Source: Shigella phage SHBML-50-1. Taken from it: DNA of 64,000 nucleotides. The number at the start of each line of letters is the position of its first letter. The stretch's first letter is position 1. A program made the position numbers and the translations under genes. The DNA lies in sequence record KX130864; one strand, written 5' to 3'. Below the pieces are notes generated by a model. That model was not told where the DNA came from. It did not search any database and was given only the letters and a program-made list of their open reading frames with translations. Positions 32,711-45,488 of this stretch are shown piece by piece.

Positions 32711-32904
32711 ACTAATTCCTTTAATCCGTAAATAGGAGATAATTCATCACCCATGCGAAGGTCTTCATTTCCATCTACCCAGGAAACAATATAAGCCTCT
32801 TTTATTTGAATACCACTCCATTTAAATGGAGGTAGAACCTTAGAAATTAATCCAGGTATACCAACTCCCTTTAATTCAACAGTTTGGCCTAAAAAGAATT
32901 TCAT
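32707..32904 (-). CDS. hypothetical small protein
   Basis: 65 aa ORF in operon context. Confidence 0.5.
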   Translation of the reverse strand: MKFFLGQTVELKGVGIPGLISKVLPPFKWSGIQIKEAYIVSWVDGNEDLRMGDELSPIYGLKELV

Positions 32905-33191
32905 TAGAACCTCATCTGAAAACCGTGCGATTTAACATTACCGCCACCAATATCAGAAATGTTAATTTCACGCGCAATTGAAGGGTCAATGTCAATTTCA
33001 CGATTAAGTTTAGTGATAGCTAAAGTATCGCGCCCATTTACAGTACGGAACTCTAAAGGACATACTACATTAACGTAGTTTTTAATCGATTCACTGGTAG
33101 GTTGCAAATGAACAGGAAGGTCTTTAGGCGCCTTTGAGAAAACCACTTCACAGAAATTTTTGCGGGTATCAAAATAAGTAGTCATAAACAT
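32904..33191 (-). CDS. hypothetical protein
   Basis: 95 aa ORF in operon context. Confidence 0.55.
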   Translation of the reverse strand: MFMTTYFDTRKNFCEVVFSKAPKDLPVHLQPTSESIKNYVNVVCPLEFRTVNGRDTLAITKLNREIDIDPSIAREINISDIGGGNVKSHGFQMRF

Positions 33192-33206
33192 AGTATTTTC
33201 CTCAGT

Positions 33207-33224
33207 AAGGGGCCGAAGCCCCTC
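33207..33224 (-). terminator. intra-operon hairpin in the 30.x cluster
   Basis: AGGGGC-CGAA-GCCCCT. Confidence 0.45.
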
Positions 33225-33232
33225 ATTTTATT

Positions 33233-33610
33233 TTAAATATCAAATTCGTTAAGAACTACATCAAAGATTGCTTCAAGATGCTCAGGTTTAGCTCTGTTAC
33301 TCAGAATATGACGAATCCAAGTTTTAACCAGAAGCTTGCGATTAACGCCATTCCAGCAAGGATGAGTCCCTAAATCGCGTTGACGAAAATCATCATCCAA
33401 AGCGATTTTGAAGTTGGAACCTTCCATTGTGATTGAAACCGTGATACCGTTTTCAAATCGCATATAAACGTAATTAGGAGTCATATACTGTTCAATTTCG
33501 CATACTGAACCATTTTGATGTTTCCAGAGGCAAATAGTATCAATAGAACCTGCAATACCATTAGAAACATATTTACGTTCAAAGTTAATGTAGTTCATTT
33601 TATTCTCCAA
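33233..33610 (-). CDS. hypothetical protein
   Basis: 125 aa ORF; start may be the internal MNYINF methionine. Confidence 0.55.
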   Translation of the reverse strand: MENKMNYINFERKYVSNGIAGSIDTICLWKHQNGSVCEIEQYMTPNYVYMRFENGITVSITMEGSNFKIALDDDFRQRDLGTHPCWNGVNRKLLVKTWIRHILSNRAKPEHLEAIFDVVLNEFDI

Positions 33611-33665
33611 GATGTTTAATTGCGGTACAGGTATATAATATCATATCCTGTACCAAAGTAAACAA

Positions 33666-33998
33666 TTATTTTACTACTTTCCAATGCTGCATGTCAAGTT
33701 TACCAACTTTTTTCATCTTCTCAATTAAGCGTTCGGCACGTTGGCGAGCTGTAACATAATACCATTCACCTAATTCATTTTGTTCAATTTTTCCAACGAT
33801 TACTGTATTCAATTCATAAATCCAACCAGTAAAGAAATTATGAACTTGAATTGTAAAGGTGAAATCTGTTCCCATACCTTCTGTTGTTTCTACTTCAATA
33901 ATATCACCTTCAACTGCCATTAAGAACCACATAGTTTCATCATATTTACCATTGAAGCATTTAGTTTTAACTGTAGCGTTCAGATTAATCGTTTTCAT
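33666..33998 (-). CDS. hypothetical protein
   Basis: 110 aa ORF preceded (minus strand) by a GTTTAC...TAGTAT early-promoter-like element. Confidence 0.55.
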   Translation of the reverse strand: MKTINLNATVKTKCFNGKYDETMWFLMAVEGDIIEVETTEGMGTDFTFTIQVHNFFTGWIYELNTVIVGKIEQNELGEWYYVTARQRAERLIEKMKKVGKLDMQHWKVVK

Positions 33999-34025
33999 TT
34001 TATTCTCCTTTGTTTGTGTAAGATA

Positions 34026-34055
34026 ATACTATCACAAAGGAACCATACTGTAAAC
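34026..34055 (-). promoter_or_regulatory. candidate early promoter for the 30.x to ligase operon
   Basis: Minus strand GTTTAC - 18 nt - TAGTAT upstream of ORF 33666..33998; resembles the T4 early -35/-10 pattern. Confidence 0.35.
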
Positions 34056-34084
34056 AACTTTATGCAATCTTTGGAAAATAAAAA

Positions 34085-34104
34085 AGGACTCCCGAAGGAG
34101 TCCT
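34085..34104 (-). terminator. hairpin downstream of the small basic-protein ORF
   Basis: AGGACTCC-CGAA-GGAGTCCT preceded by an A-run. Confidence 0.5.
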
Positions 34105-34108
34105 CAAC

Positions 34109-34327
34109 TTATGCTTTCTGCTTACCAAAACGAGAAGCATCATCTCGAAGAACCGCACGTGCTCGGCGCATGATCTTCTCAACAGTTTGATTGATACGAG
34201 AGTTCGACCCACGCTTGTAGCCAGCGCGTTTAGAATCACCAACTTTCTTTTCAACTGCTTTCTTTGCTTTAGCTTGTTTTGCCATTATAAATTCTCTTTT
34301 AAATGAAAATGCAGGACTTATTGGCAT
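34109..34327 (-). CDS. small Lys/Arg-rich basic protein (possible nucleic-acid binding)
   Basis: ORF with likely true start at MAKQAKAKKAVEKK (about 34285, AAGAG RBS); hairpin terminator downstream. Confidence 0.5.
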   Translation of the reverse strand: MPISPAFSFKREFIMAKQAKAKKAVEKKVGDSKRAGYKRGSNSRINQTVEKIMRRARAVLRDDASRFGKQKA

Positions 34328-34530
34328 TGCCTGCGCAAGCCCTCAAGGGGAACATAGGTTTTTGGATATTTAACGACCAGGATAACCATAAACCCGTCAT
34401 CATTCACATTCAAGAGGTACACCGTAAAACTGCCGGGGTCTTAAAACTATAATGATTCGCAAATCATTAATCAGACAGTTCGACGGCTCCTCGATTTTAG
34501 CTCACACTAAGGCAGTGAATCTCCAATAAA

Positions 34531-34779
34531 TTACTTCAGTGTTACCACAAAGTGACGAACTGCTTTTCGTGCAGCAGAAGCCAGAGGCTTAGCATATTTA
34601 AGTTCATCTTTTTCCTGAAGCTCAGCAGCTAATGCAGTTTGAGCAGGATTCAGATGTTTGAAATAACGCAGGATTTCAAGAGCTTCGGCTTCAACATCAA
34701 TAGATGCGCCATAGTTTTCGTGACCATTATTCCATGCGTTTCGTTGCAGTTCAAGAGCGTGTTGTAATTGTTTAATCAT
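34531..34779 (-). CDS. rIII: RIII lysis inhibition accessory protein
   Basis: 82 aa MIKQLQHALELQRNAWNNGHENYG...; T4 rIII-like sequence and size. Confidence 0.9.
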   Translation of the reverse strand: MIKQLQHALELQRNAWNNGHENYGASIDVEAEALEILRYFKHLNPAQTALAAELQEKDELKYAKPLASAARKAVRHFVVTLK

Positions 34780-34926
34780 TTAAAAATTCTCGTTAGAGAT
34801 TAAAACTCGGTAGTCACGTTCTTCTGAATTTCATCTTCTTTCGACAGATCTCTCAGTTGTAGACTACCACATAGAATTGTTCGGTTAACTTATTATTCCG
34901 ACACCCAATTCATATTATTATTTATA

Positions 34927-35262
34927 TCACTTATAAAGACACGGAATAGCTTTATAGTGACAAGTAACGAATTTTTGTTTAATTTCTTTTGGCTGCTTAA
35001 GACCCAGAGCTACAAAAGGATGCGGAACATTTCGAATTTGACCAACTGGAAGAGAAGTCAAATCACCAACTTCGCAGAAACCTTCAGGAACATCAGGACC
35101 GACAGAGTGAACTACACATAGTTCAGGAACTTCACCTTGAACACGTTTACCGATAATAAGTCCTGATTCTGTAACTTCTTCATCACCGGCTTGTGCAGGT
35201 TCAGAAACTAAAATAACATATTCACCGACAGCACGAATTGGTAGCTGTTGTACTTCAGACAT
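34927..35262 (-). CDS. 31: gp31 co-chaperonin (GroES analogue) for capsid protein folding
   Basis: 111 aa; T4 gp31-like sequence and size. Confidence 0.92.
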
Positions 35263-35318
35263 CGTTTTTCCTTTTTGTTAACAGATGAATTAATAATAAC
35301 AAATAATTCTTAAAGCAT

Positions 35319-35627
35319 TTATTTACCAATAAATTGGAGTAAATGCTCAACTTTCATACCATTAACAGAAATCAATTTGTCAATAGAAAAACCTCGCCAC
35401 TCGCCAAGCTCAACATCAAATACTGGAATCATGTCAGTAGATTCTTTCCGAGCAGATTCAGTCAATTTACCAGTTTGCATGGTTGGCGTAAAGTCAGCAT
35501 CGCGAGTACCTTTCATAGTACGAATAGTACCATCAGACTTTTCAAAAACTACGTTTGAAATACCCATGGACAATTTAGTTTTCAAAATTTCACGAATTGC
35601 CACTTTCTGTTCAGTTGTCAGTTTCAT
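35319..35627 (-). CDS. hypothetical protein (T4 31.1-like position)
   Basis: 102 aa ORF. Confidence 0.6.
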   Translation of the reverse strand: MKLTTEQKVAIREILKTKLSMGISNVVFEKSDGTIRTMKGTRDADFTPTMQTGKLTESARKESTDMIPVFDVELGEWRGFSIDKLISVNGMKVEHLLQFIGK

Positions 35628-35864
35628 TTATTTACCTATTACAGTTTTAATATGAGTTGTTCCACGTTCTTTAAGGGTGGAAAGTAATTTTTGGCATTTT
35701 TCTAAATCAGATTTCCAACTATACGGTCTATCAATACTAGTCCAATCAGTTTTATAATACTGTTTCCATTTAGAGAAAAAATATTTCTTATACTCTACAG
35801 CAAATGAAATATTCTCGTTAGAATAAGAACTAATTGCTGTGAGTTGTACCAAACGAAATTTCAT
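35628..35864 (-). CDS. hypothetical protein (T4 31.2-like position)
   Basis: 78 aa ORF. Confidence 0.55.
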   Translation of the reverse strand: MKFRLVQLTAISSYSNENISFAVEYKKYFFSKWKQYYKTDWTSIDRPYSWKSDLEKCQKLLSTLKERGTTHIKTVIGK

Positions 35865-36445
35865 TATTCACCACAGAATTCGTTGATATTTTCCCAGTTT
35901 AACTTATTCAAGTTTTTCTTAGGAACATTAAACACTTCAATACCCGCATTTCGCAGAATATCATCCCAGCCAGGTTTATTTTTATCGTATGTTTCACAAT
36001 AAACCAGCTTTTTAATACCAGATTGAGCTATCGCTTTTGCACAATCTGGGCAAGGAGAAAGTGTTACATACATAGTAGCACCTTCAATAGAAGAACCATT
36101 TCGTGCAGCAAACAAAATTGCATTTAGTTCAGCATGAATTTCATTTTTAGACGACCATTCCGAGTGAGCGCTACGGTGTTCTTTCGCCAAGACAAAGCGA
36201 TCAGTTGAACCAAATGATACGCATTCAGGCTTATGGCCTTGAATGATAGTATGTTTAGGCTTATTCAGCAACCAACCTTGCTCAGCAGCATAATCACAAC
36301 AGTTCACACCTCCTGCCGGTGAACCATTATATCCGGTAGAAATAATACGTCCATTCTTTTCAATTACTGCTCCTACCTTCCAGGAGCAACATTTTGATTC
36401 TTGTGATACTAAATATGCAATTTGAAGTACTGTACTCGCTTTCAT
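35864..36445 (-). CDS. cd: dCMP deaminase
   Basis: 193 aa; zinc-binding HAELNAI and PCPDCA cytidine/dCMP deaminase motifs. Confidence 0.92.
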   Translation of the reverse strand: MKASTVLQIAYLVSQESKCCSWKVGAVIEKNGRIISTGYNGSPAGGVNCCDYAAEQGWLLNKPKHTIIQGHKPECVSFGSTDRFVLAKEHRSAHSEWSSKNEIHAELNAILFAARNGSSIEGATMYVTLSPCPDCAKAIAQSGIKKLVYCETYDKNKPGWDDILRNAGIEVFNVPKKNLNKLNWENINEFCGE

Positions 36446-36780
36446 TTCATAATCACCAGATAAGCAGATTTAGCAGTTTCAACACGATAAATTTCGTGAC
36501 GAAGTTTAGTTATACTTTTAATAACAGAACTAATTATATTCTGCCCATCTTTAAAGCGGTTTTTCTTATCAATAAAAATTGCACCAGCCATCTTTTTGTG
36601 AAGCTCAACTGGATACTTCGTCACAATAATAGCATCATACACAGAAGGATGAATACTATTCACTAGAGTGTCATTCATTAAAGTTATTCTAATGAACTGT
36701 GCTGTGTCAGAGTCAAGCGCTCTATGATCGCCAGTATCATTTTCAAGACAATTATCAATTATATCAGTTAAATTCATCAT
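36442..36780 (-). CDS. hypothetical protein (cd.1-like)
   Basis: 112 aa ORF overlapping the cd start. Confidence 0.55.
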   Translation of the reverse strand: MMNLTDIIDNCLENDTGDHRALDSDTAQFIRITLMNDTLVNSIHPSVYDAIIVTKYPVELHKKMAGAIFIDKKNRFKDGQNIISSVIKSITKLRHEIYRVETAKSAYLVIMK

Positions 36781-37109
36781 AGTACGCCATACACCCTTTG
36801 TGCTTCAACTAATCCATCAAAATCCAATTTGAGATGTGTTATTTGGTCACCATCACCTGGATTCACAATTACTAATACTGAACGAGGAATTTCGGTAATA
36901 ACACGAACCGATGTTTCTGGAAATCGTTCAGAAACCTTATTTACCAATTCCTGAGCAAATAGTTTAACTTTTTCTTGGAATTCTTTAACAGTAATCGGTT
37001 TTTCACTTAGCATTTTGTTTTCCTCATTTGTTTGGTAGAGCCATAATATCACAACTCTACCATAAAGTAAACTATTAAATCGCTTTGAATTCCGCAGTTT
37101 GAGATTCAA
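36777..37109 (-). CDS. hypothetical protein (cd.2-like)
   Basis: 110 aa ORF. Confidence 0.55.
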   Translation of the reverse strand: MNLKLRNSKRFNSLLYGRVVILWLYQTNEENKMLSEKPITVKEFQEKVKLFAQELVNKVSERFPETSVRVITEIPRSVLVIVNPGDGDQITHLKLDFDGLVEAQRVYGVL

Positions 37110-37350
37110 AGCGAATGTCGCCTTTGATAACTAACTCAGCATCAAGACCGAATACGACAATGATATGCGCGGAACCTGGATACAGCGTAATGGCAACAGA
37201 ATCCACCTGGTCTGGAAGCAAAGTGTTCAATACATGAGTCACTTGAGCATGAATTCGAAGCTCGGCTGCGTTATCAAGCTTTTCAAACATATTATTAGCG
37301 ATAATTTGACTAAACACTACTTCTACGATTTTAGAATAAGTCGGAAACAT
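37075..37350 (-). CDS. hypothetical protein (cd.3-like)
   Basis: 91 aa ORF. Confidence 0.5.
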   Translation of the reverse strand: MFPTYSKIVEVVFSQIIANNMFEKLDNAAELRIHAQVTHVLNTLLPDQVDSVAITLYPGSAHIIVVFGLDAELVIKGDIRFESQTAEFKAI

Positions 37351-37352
37351 AT

Positions 37353-37545
37353 TTACCTCACATAATTTTCTTCAAGCCAATCAATAACATCCAACGCATT
37401 ATCAAAAGTTGAACCATCTACTTTGTCTTCTGTTTCATAATCAAGAACATCTAAACCTACTCTTCCATCAACAATAGGCCATAAACAAAATAGATATTTC
37501 TTTTCTTTTTCAATTTTATCACAAAGACGATAAATCTTTTCTAGG

Positions 37546-37553
<8 letters not shown>
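37353..37553 (-). CDS. hypothetical protein (cd.4-like)
   Basis: 66 aa ORF. Confidence 0.5.
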
Positions 37554-38943
<1,390 letters not shown>

Positions 38944-38947
<4 letters not shown>

Positions 38948-39174
38948 TTATTTTTCTCAACCAATGATTGAATATAATCATGCAGGTCTTTAGATGCTTT
39001 ACCCCACTTATTTTGATATTCATTTTTGAGATTAGCGCGTGATTGAGCTAATAAAACATCATTAGTTGGAGGTAAAGATTCTAATCGTTGAATCTTGCGT
39101 CCATAAATCATTGCGGCCATCTCAGATTCATAAATCAATCCTTTGAGATGTTCAAATTGATGCCATGAAATCAT
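38944..39174 (-). CDS. hypothetical protein
   Basis: 76 aa ORF. Confidence 0.5.
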
Positions 39175-39470
39175 TTACATTTATCCTCTTTTAACTCTTG
39201 ACGATAATAACATATCATAGTTTTCTGGTCATGTACATATCGTTTTACATCATTAAGCCAAATACGAAATTCCTGAGAATCTTCAAATGGCATACCGACC
39301 CAAGCTTTACCATCAATAACTTTAACTTGCCAAGATAGTTTGGCTTCGTCATATGACTTTATTTGCACAGGCCAATTAGGATGAACTGTTTCTTTCTTTA
39401 CTTCTAGAGGCTTTGTAGAACAACCAACTAGAAGACCAATAGATAATATTACTGCTGATAGTTTAATCAT
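39171..39470 (-). CDS. putative o-spanin (outer-membrane lipoprotein, Rz1 equivalent)
   Basis: 99 aa; signal peptide with lipobox LLVGC; sits directly downstream of a TM/coiled-coil ORF with a 4-nt overlap. Confidence 0.7.
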   Translation of the reverse strand: MIKLSAVILSIGLLVGCSTKPLEVKKETVHPNWPVQIKSYDEAKLSWQVKVIDGKAWVGMPFEDSQEFRIWLNDVKRYVHDQKTMICYYRQELKEDKCK

Positions 39471-39820
39471 TTAGAAAGGTCCTGGATGTCTTCTGCGAAC
39501 TTGTTGAAGGAGTTGTTGATTTGTTTTTCAACCAATCCTGGCTTACGAGCCACCACATCCGCCTTCTTTGCATCTTTGCGCAGTTTTTCATTTTCACGCT
39601 CAATAGCAGCAATCGCCTCACGATTTTTATTATTCATCGCATCAATATAATTATACTGAATTCGCAAATTATTTAATGCTAAGGCGTTTTCATTGGCCGT
39701 TTTTGTAATTTCTACAACAGACGTTTCTAATCTTTCAATTTTATTTTTTAAAATTAAAGAAGTTCCGCCTAATGCAATTACAATTAATAGCAAACCTGCT
39801 GTCGTATTACTTAATTGCAT
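39467..39820 (-). CDS. putative i-spanin (inner-membrane, Rz equivalent)
   Basis: 117 aa; N-terminal TM helix (TAGLLLIVIALGGTSLIL) followed by a coiled-coil-like region. Confidence 0.7.
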   Translation of the reverse strand: MQLSNTTAGLLLIVIALGGTSLILKNKIERLETSVVEITKTANENALALNNLRIQYNYIDAMNNKNREAIAAIERENEKLRKDAKKADVVARKPGLVEKQINNSFNKFAEDIQDLSK

Positions 39821-40314
39821 AAAGTTTTAATAACCTCTATAATATCGTCTTGAGAAAGACCGTTAATTAAAATATGATGTTCCGCCGGAGATTTAGAAAT
39901 TTTAAAGCATGCCGCAACATCTTCTGCCATATCCGATGCACTACGATTTGGATTACTAATACCAAGGCGGTGTTTTCCCGTCAAAGGATTAACGATGATA
40001 TAGCATTTGCAGCTATTGATATGAACATTGGGTTGAGTCTGATTAATGAACACTTCACAATCATACTTAGCGAGTTGATTTTCTAAAAAGACTTTCATCT
40101 CTTCAACCGCATCAGGAAGCATATCACGGGCTTGCTCAAGACGACGATTTCGATATTCTTTAATGGTCGTTTTCCGCTTGACTTGCTTAGCTAAATCTTT
40201 CTTAAGATCGGTGATATATCCAACTCGACGATTTCCTTTGAATACAGAAATCCCATCTGTAGTATCACCGTATGCTTCAACGACCATTTCAGTAGTAATA
40301 AGCTGTAAATCCAT
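39811..40314 (-). CDS. alc: Alc, host transcription shut-off protein (inhibits elongation on cytosine-containing DNA)
   Basis: ORF of about 167 aa from the second Met; T4 alc size and position between the spanin pair and rnlA. Confidence 0.75.
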   Translation of the reverse strand: MDLQLITTEMVVEAYGDTTDGISVFKGNRRVGYITDLKKDLAKQVKRKTTIKEYRNRRLEQARDMLPDAVEEMKVFLENQLAKYDCEVFINQTQPNVHINSCKCYIIVNPLTGKHRLGISNPNRSASDMAEDVAACFKISKSPAEHHILINGLSQDDIIEVIKTLCN

Positions 40315-40378
40315 CATAAAGTCCTCATGTTATGTCAGTAAGTCTACTATAACACAACACGAGGGACTTGTAAACAGC

Positions 40379-41966
<1,588 letters not shown>

Positions 41967-41973
41967 AATAAAA

Positions 41974-41989
41974 TGGGCCTTGCGGCCCA
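41974..41989 (-). terminator. hairpin between nrdB and denA
   Basis: TGGGCC-TTGC-GGCCCA. Confidence 0.45.
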
Positions 41990-41993
41990 CTCC

Positions 41994-43172
41994 TTAAAAA
42001 TATTTTTTAAAACTCATCATAACTTTATCATCAACATCATTATCAATCTGTGCAACAAGGTAAGATGACAGTTCTACTTCTTGCGGCGCGGATTGAACAT
42101 TATCAGAATTAAGGTATTCACGAATCCAAGGATATGGATGTTTAACCGGAGCATCGGTAATTGGGCATGGAAGACCGCACTGTTTCATACGAGATACAGT
42201 TAAGTAATCAATAAAGCTCCACATGCTATTTGTATTTAATCCAGGAACATCGCCATCTTTAAATAAATGAACTGCCCAATCTTTTTCTTGGCGGTTAACT
42301 TCCATGAAAATATCAACTGCTTCTTGTTCACACTCTTTGGCAATTTTAACCCATTCATCACCATCAGTGCCAAGTTGAAGTTGACGAATAATATATTGTG
42401 TACCTTTAAGATGAAGCTGCTCATCACGTGCAATGAACTTCATAATCTTGGCATTACCTTCCATGATTTCCATATTCTTGTGGAAGTTAAAGGTACATGC
42501 AAAAGATACATAAAAACGAATAGCTTCCAATGCGTTGATTACGTGCAGGCAGAGGTAAAGAGAGCGCATTAGTTCACGTTTCCAATACATTTCATGCTCT
42601 ATGGCATCTTTAATATCATCTTCGTCTGCGTTAATTTCTTTTTGGTACTCAATATCAGCTTTAGCATTCTGCCAATATCTAGTTTTCTCAATAACATCAT
42701 CATAATAACGACCAATAGATTCAGCACGTTTCATGATAGCTTTATCTAATACAATCTCATCAAATACCTTTGACGGATCAGTATAAAGATTTCGCATAAT
42801 ATGAGTGTATGAACGACTGTGAATAGTTTCACTAAAAGTCCATGTAGCAACCCATGTATCAAGGCTTGGGTCTGAAATTAATGACATAAGTACAGCAGAC
42901 GGCGCACGACCCTGAATGCTATCTAGAAGTGATTGATACTTCAGGTTGTTAGTAAAAATATCTTGCTGATATTGAGGAAGCTTGTTAAATTGCGCAGCAT
43001 CCATCATTAAGTTTACTTCTTCAGGGCGCCAGAAAAATGACAACTGCTTTTCGGTTAAATCTTCAAAAACTTTATGACGTTGAATATCATAACGCGCAAT
43101 ACCAAGACCTGAACCAAAAAACATAGGTTCTTTTAAAACATCAACTGGATTTGTATTAAAAACTGTGCTCAT
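41994..43172 (-). CDS. nrdB: aerobic ribonucleotide reductase small subunit NrdB (uninterrupted)
   Basis: 392 aa continuous ORF with T4 NrdB-like sequence; no intron-like interruption. Confidence 0.95.
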   Translation of the reverse strand: MSTVFNTNPVDVLKEPMFFGSGLGIARYDIQRHKVFEDLTEKQLSFFWRPEEVNLMMDAAQFNKLPQYQQDIFTNNLKYQSLLDSIQGRAPSAVLMSLISDPSLDTWVATWTFSETIHSRSYTHIMRNLYTDPSKVFDEIVLDKAIMKRAESIGRYYDDVIEKTRYWQNAKADIEYQKEINADEDDIKDAIEHEMYWKRELMRSLYLCLHVINALEAIRFYVSFACTFNFHKNMEIMEGNAKIMKFIARDEQLHLKGTQYIIRQLQLGTDGDEWVKIAKECEQEAVDIFMEVNRQEKDWAVHLFKDGDVPGLNTNSMWSFIDYLTVSRMKQCGLPCPITDAPVKHPYPWIREYLNSDNVQSAPQEVELSSYLVAQIDNDVDDKVMMSFKKYF

Positions 43173-43223
43173 AAATTTTCCACTTAGTTAATAGATAGTG
43201 ACTCGTCCATGAGTCAAATTATA

Positions 43224-45488
43224 TCATAATTTACAGGATGAACAATCTTCAGCTTTTGGAGTTTCTATTTCATAATCATCAGTACCAGAACCATCACGGG
43301 TATTATGATAATAGAAATTTTTTCCGCCAAAATACCAAAAATACAAAAGGTCATCAATCATTATTGACATTGGAACCTTTCCTTTTGGAAAAATCTGTGG
43401 GTCATAATATGTATTCGCCGAAGCTGATTGACAAACCCATTTCAGCATAATAGCTACCTGCGTAAGATAAGGTTTATTACCTTTCTTAGCTAATTTCCAT
43501 GTATAATCATAGAGGTCTATGTTATGCTCAATATTGGGCACGACTTGATTAAAGGAGCCCTCTTTTGATTCTTTAACAGAGACTGGTCCACGTGGAGGCT
43601 CGATACCGTTTGTACTGTTAGAAACTTGGGAAGATGACTCACATGGCATAAGTGCTGATAATGTGCTATTACGGATGCCAAAGAGCTTAAGGTCTTCCCG
43701 CAGCGACGACCAGTCACAAACGTATTTTGGAGCTGCGATTTGGTCAATCTTTTTATTGTACCAGTCGATAGGTAATTCGCCTCGAGACCAACGAGTGTCT
43801 GAATAATATTCGCAAGGTCCTTTTTCTTTGGCGAGCTTAATGGATGCTTTAATGAGTCCATACTGTAATCTCTCAAATAGTTCATGTGTTAAATCGTTAG
43901 CATCTTCATAAGAAGCAAAGTTACTTGCCAGCCAAGCTGCATAGTTAGTAACACCTACACCAAGGTTTCGACGCTTTTTAGCTTTTTCTGCTTCAGGAAC
44001 TGGATATCCTTGGTAATCCAAAAGATTATCAAGAGCACGAACTTGAACTTCTGCCAATTCATTAATTTTATCTTGGTCTTGCCAGTCAAAATTATCTAGC
44101 ACAAATGCAGATAACGTGCACAATCCAATTTCAGCATCGGGGCTATTCACATCATTTGTTGGAATAGCAATTTCACAGCACAAGTTACTCTGACGAATAG
44201 GTGCCTTTTCACGAATAAATGGAGTATAGTTATTCGTATTATCAATGAACTGCACATAAATCCTTGCTGTTCCTGAGCGTTCAGTCATGAGCAATTCAAA
44301 TAGTTCACGGGCTTTAATGCGCTTTTTACGAATATTAGGGTCTTTTTCTGCTGCTTCGTATAATTCACGGAAACGGTCTTGGTCTTTAAAATAAGAATAA
44401 TAAAGCTCGCCACCCATTTCATGCGGACTGAACAAAGTAATGTAGTCGTTCTTTCCAAAACGTTCCATCATTAGATCATTCAGTTGAACACCATAATCCA
44501 TATGACGAATGCGGTTTTCTTCTACACCTTTGTTATTTTTCAAAACAAGAAGATTTTCAACTTCCAAATGCCAAATAGGATAATAAGCAGTAGCAGCGCC
44601 GCCACGAATTCCACCTTGTGAGCATGATTTAACAGCAGTCTGAAAATGTTTCCAAAAAGGAATAACACCAGTATGACGTACTTCACCCATGCCAATCTTA
44701 GAACCTTCGGCACGAATCATACCAACGTTAATACCAATTCCAGCGCGTTTAGAGATATATTCAACAATTGAAGCGGAAGCCTTATTGATAGACTTTAATG
44801 AATCACCTGCCTCAATAACAACACATGAACTAAACTGTCGAGTCGGAGTACGACAACCAGCCATAATAGGAGTTGGTAATGAAATCTGTCGAGTAGATAC
44901 TGCTTCATAAAAACGGATAACGTGTTTTAATCTATCAACAGGTTCATCTTGATGCAATGCCATTCCAATAGTCATAAATGCAAACTGTGGAGTTTCATAA
45001 ATTTGACCAGTGGTTTTATCTTTAACTAGATATTTTTCTTTTAATTGCATCGCCCCGGAATAAGTAAATTCCATATCCCGCTCGTGCTTAATTTTTGATT
45101 CTAAAAATGTAATTTCTTCTGCTGAATATTTTGACAATAATTCAGGGTCATATTTACCTGCATTTACACAATAAGAAATATGGTCAATAAATGAACGTGG
45201 TTCATATTGTCCGTAAACATGCTTACGAAGAGCGAACATTAAACAACGTGCAGCTACATATTGATAATCAGGCTCTTCAACCGAAATAGAATTCGCAGCA
45301 GCCTTAATGACAATAGTCTGAATATCGTCAGTTGTCATTCCATCACGGAGATAAGATTTAATATTTTCATATAATTCATAAGGATCTACTGATGTTCCTT
45401 CAGCTGCCCAAGATAAAACTTTAATAATTTTTTGTGGGTCAAAGCTCTGAGAAACACCACTACTTTTGATAACATTAATTAATTGCAT
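43224..45488 (-). CDS. nrdA: aerobic ribonucleotide reductase large subunit NrdA
   Basis: 754 aa; T4 NrdA size; class I RNR large subunit. Confidence 0.95.
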   Translation of the reverse strand: MQLINVIKSSGVSQSFDPQKIIKVLSWAAEGTSVDPYELYENIKSYLRDGMTTDDIQTIVIKAAANSISVEEPDYQYVAARCLMFALRKHVYGQYEPRSFIDHISYCVNAGKYDPELLSKYSAEEITFLESKIKHERDMEFTYSGAMQLKEKYLVKDKTTGQIYETPQFAFMTIGMALHQDEPVDRLKHVIRFYEAVSTRQISLPTPIMAGCRTPTRQFSSCVVIEAGDSLKSINKASASIVEYISKRAGIGINVGMIRAEGSKIGMGEVRHTGVIPFWKHFQTAVKSCSQGGIRGGAATAYYPIWHLEVENLLVLKNNKGVEENRIRHMDYGVQLNDLMMERFGKNDYITLFSPHEMGGELYYSYFKDQDRFRELYEAAEKDPNIRKKRIKARELFELLMTERSGTARIYVQFIDNTNNYTPFIREKAPIRQSNLCCEIAIPTNDVNSPDAEIGLCTLSAFVLDNFDWQDQDKINELAEVQVRALDNLLDYQGYPVPEAEKAKKRRNLGVGVTNYAAWLASNFASYEDANDLTHELFERLQYGLIKASIKLAKEKGPCEYYSDTRWSRGELPIDWYNKKIDQIAAPKYVCDWSSLREDLKLFGIRNSTLSALMPCESSSQVSNSTNGIEPPRGPVSVKESKEGSFNQVVPNIEHNIDLYDYTWKLAKKGNKPYLTQVAIMLKWVCQSASANTYYDPQIFPKGKVPMSIMIDDLLYFWYFGGKNFYYHNTRDGSGTDDYEIETPKAEDCSSCKL

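Noticed and set aside
34330-34530. Possible group I intron or intron remnant in the rIII-downstream spacer
   Set aside because: No recognisable group I core elements (P, Q, R, S-like conserved segments) and it does not interrupt any ORF; retained only as a low-interest noncoding spacer finding.
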